NCBI GenBank assembly: GCA_963774265.1
Contig: CAVZDU010000002.1
Span: 608,001 to 672,000, forward strand
Origin: an uncultured Chloroflexia bacterium
GTDB lineage: Bacteria; Chloroflexota; Anaerolineae; CG2-30-64-16
Reading direction: 5' to 3'
Length of the DNA stretch: 64,000 nucleotides
Below the pieces are notes generated by a model. The model searched no databases and had not been told where the DNA came from. It was given only the letters and a program-made list of their open reading frames with translations. Each line of letters starts with the position of its first letter. Within the stretch, counting starts at the first letter, position 1. Position numbers and translations under genes: made by a program. Below are positions 62,228-64,000 of this stretch, piece after piece.

Positions 62228-63093
62228 GTCAGCCCCGCCATCAACCGGTCGACGGCGAGCATGGCGATTTCTTCCCCCTGCTGCGTGAGATGGGTGTAGA
62301 TCGTGGTCGTGCGGAGCGAGCGGTGGCCGAGCCAGGCCTGGATCTGGCGCAGGTTGACGCCCGCCTCCAGCAAATGCGTGGCGTAGCTATGGCGCAAGGT
62401 ATGCACGCTGGCGTGCTTGTGGATGCCACTCTCACTCAGGGCAGCCGCAAAGGCGGCGCTCACGCTGCGCGGTGTCACCGGCACGGTGACGGCCGAGATC
62501 GGCTGGCCTTGGGGCGGTCGGGCCGGAAACAGCCACACGGGATGGCGATGGGTGCGCCAGTAAGTGCGCAGCATCTCCAGGGTGGCCTGGGGCAAGGGCA
62601 CATAGCGATCTTGGCCGCCTTTGCCCTTGCGGACATGGAGCATACGGCGGCTGCCGTCGATGTCCCCAACCTGTAGGTACACTCCTTCCCGAATGCGCAG
62701 GCCGCAGGCATAGATGGTGGTCAAACAGGCGCGATAGCGCGGCTGATGCACGCAGCCCAGCACCCGCGCCACTTCCTCCACACTCAGCACGGCGGGCAAG
62801 CTCTTCTCCTGCTTGGCGCGCGCCAGGTCCAGCAAGCGCCACTCGCGCTGGAGCGTGTGCTGGTAGAGGAACTTGATGCCGCAGAGGGCCACCGTCATGG
62901 TGCTGGCGGAGACCGCCTTCTCGTTCTGCAGGTAGAGCAGGTACTGCCGTAGCTCCTCCTCGCTGATTTCATCCGGCGATTTGTGGTAGTACTTGGCCAG
63001 TTGCTCCACCGCGGCGACGTACGCTTCCTGGGTGCGCGCGGCGAGTCCGCGCAGCTGCATGTCCTCGATCATCCGTTGTCGTAGGACAGTCAT
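62221..63093 (-). CDS. Tyrosine recombinase/integrase
   Basis: YACGLRIRE, KGKG, HTLRHSYATHLLE, LGH, IYTH; RBS AGGAGG. Confidence 0.93.
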   Translation of the reverse strand: MTVLRQRMIEDMQLRGLAARTQEAYVAAVEQLAKYYHKSPDEISEEELRQYLLYLQNEKAVSASTMTVALCGIKFLYQHTLQREWRLLDLARAKQEKSLPAVLSVEEVARVLGCVHQPRYRACLTTIYACGLRIREGVYLQVGDIDGSRRMLHVRKGKGGQDRYVPLPQATLEMLRTYWRTHRHPVWLFPARPPQGQPISAVTVPVTPRSVSAAFAAALSESGIHKHASVHTLRHSYATHLLEAGVNLRQIQAWLGHRSLRTTTIYTHLTQQGEEIAMLAVDRLMAGLTW

Positions 63094-63206
63094 CTTGACA
63101 CCTCCTGGTTAGTGAATGGGTTGACCCATGTCATGATCACACATGACAGTGGCCGGCACCAAATCGGCCGGGGAAAGTGGAGAGGGGCAAAACTGTGGCT
63201 GAGGAT

Positions 63207-63234
63207 GTATAGCATAACGTCCTTTATGCTATAC
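63207..63234. other. Putative tyrosine-recombinase core site (11-6-11 palindrome)
   Basis: GTATAGCATAA-CGTCCT-TTATGCTATAC with perfect arms. Confidence 0.7.
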
Positions 63235-63242
63235 TTATCCCA

Positions 63243-64000
63243 ATGGATTCTTTACAACATCATCACCATACCAGCAGGACCCCTTCAGCCGACCTCCGGG
63301 AGCGTGCCCGCACTGTTCACCGACGCCGGCAGCGACGCCGTCCGCCGCTTCATCGAGTTCTTCACCGCCAACATCCGCAATCGCAACACGCGCGCCGCCT
63401 ATGCCTTCGCTGCGGCCCGATTCGCCCGCTGGTGTGACGCGCGCGGTATCGCCCTGGCCCAACTGACGCCTGTCATCGTGGCGGCTTATATCGAGGAATT
63501 GGGGCAACACCTTGCCAAGCCCAGCGTCAAGCAGCACCTGGCCGCCCTGCGCATGCTGTTCGACTACCTGGTGACCGGGCAGGTGCTGCCGACGAACCCG
63601 GCCTATGCCGTGCGGGGACCCAAGCACGTCGTCAAGACCGGCCGCACGCCCGTGCTCACCGCCGAGGAAACCCGGATACTGCTCGACCGCATCGATGTCA
63701 ATACCATCGCCGGGCTGCGCGATCGCGCCCTGATCGGGGTGATGGTCTACTCGTTCGCCCGGGTGGGCGCGGTGGTCGGCATGAACGTGGAGGACTACTT
63801 TCAGGAGGGCAAACGCTGGTGGTTTCGGCTGCACGAGAAGGGCGGCAAGCGGCACGAGGTACCGGCCCACCACAATGCCGAGGCTTATGTGGACGCCTAT
63901 CTGGCAGCGGCCCAGATCGCTGACGATCGCAAAGGCCCGCTCTTTCGCAGCCTGGATCGTGAGCGCCATTTGACGGAGCGGCGGCTACACCGGCTGGAGG
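63243..64000 (+). CDS. Tyrosine recombinase (XerC/D-like resolvase type), runs off the window; probable extra base near 63250
   Basis: Absent from the ORF track; manual translation RRFIEFFTANIRNRNTRAAY...SVKQHLAALRMLFDYL...LRDRALIGVMVYSFARV...LHEKGGK. Confidence 0.88.

Larger units (their letters stand above)
60718..63200 (-). mobile_element. IS91-family element carrying a tyrosine recombinase (ends approximate)
   Basis: Overlapping integrase and Y2 transposase genes; structured non-coding 3' end. Confidence 0.7.

Noticed and set aside
63207-63217. GTATAGCATA (and CGAAGTTAT at 57773) resemble parts of loxP
   Set aside because: Only 9-10-bp matches, 5 kb apart; the geometry is 11-6-11, not 13-8-13
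63235-63969. 244-aa minus-strand ORF
   Set aside because: Antisense shadow of the plus-strand tyrosine recombinase

Overview
GC-rich bacterial window; gene content and repeat style suggest Chloroflexota/Anaerolineae, which is an inference. Single-base frameshifts recur in many otherwise well-conserved genes, so most are probably assembly indels. In order: (1) 0.8-6.1 kb, an amino-acid catabolic cluster (DUF3100 transporter, divergent SHMT, two M20 hydrolases). (2) 6.3-20.4 kb, a co-oriented signalling locus: MinD/ParA ATPase, hybrid histidine kinase, Hpt, an amino-acid permease with an embedded wHTH, a response regulator, a cNMP-binding protein, two paralogous ATP-grasp-like ligases and an NTT/MFS-HEAT-cNMP transporter. 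This is the best candidate for an undescribed system. (3) A GT-C-like membrane protein and a zinc-ribbon protein. (4) A sulfatase/anSME/FGE-domain locus with an IS256-like element. (5) 30.5-41.2 kb, a decaying defence island: type III R-M with mod split by IS1182, a Gabija-like OLD nuclease plus helicase, an hsdS remnant, a phosphatase and an Imm5-like remnant. (6) A glycoside-utilisation operon with a large unknown protein. (7) Secreted peptidases and an acyltransferase. (8) A mobile right end: ISAs1, a lipoprotein, an IS91-type transposase with an integrase, a 28-bp recombination-core palindrome and a second tyrosine recombinase that runs off the window. Two REP-like palindrome families are inserted in frame inside proteins. 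No tRNA, rRNA or CRISPR array was seen.
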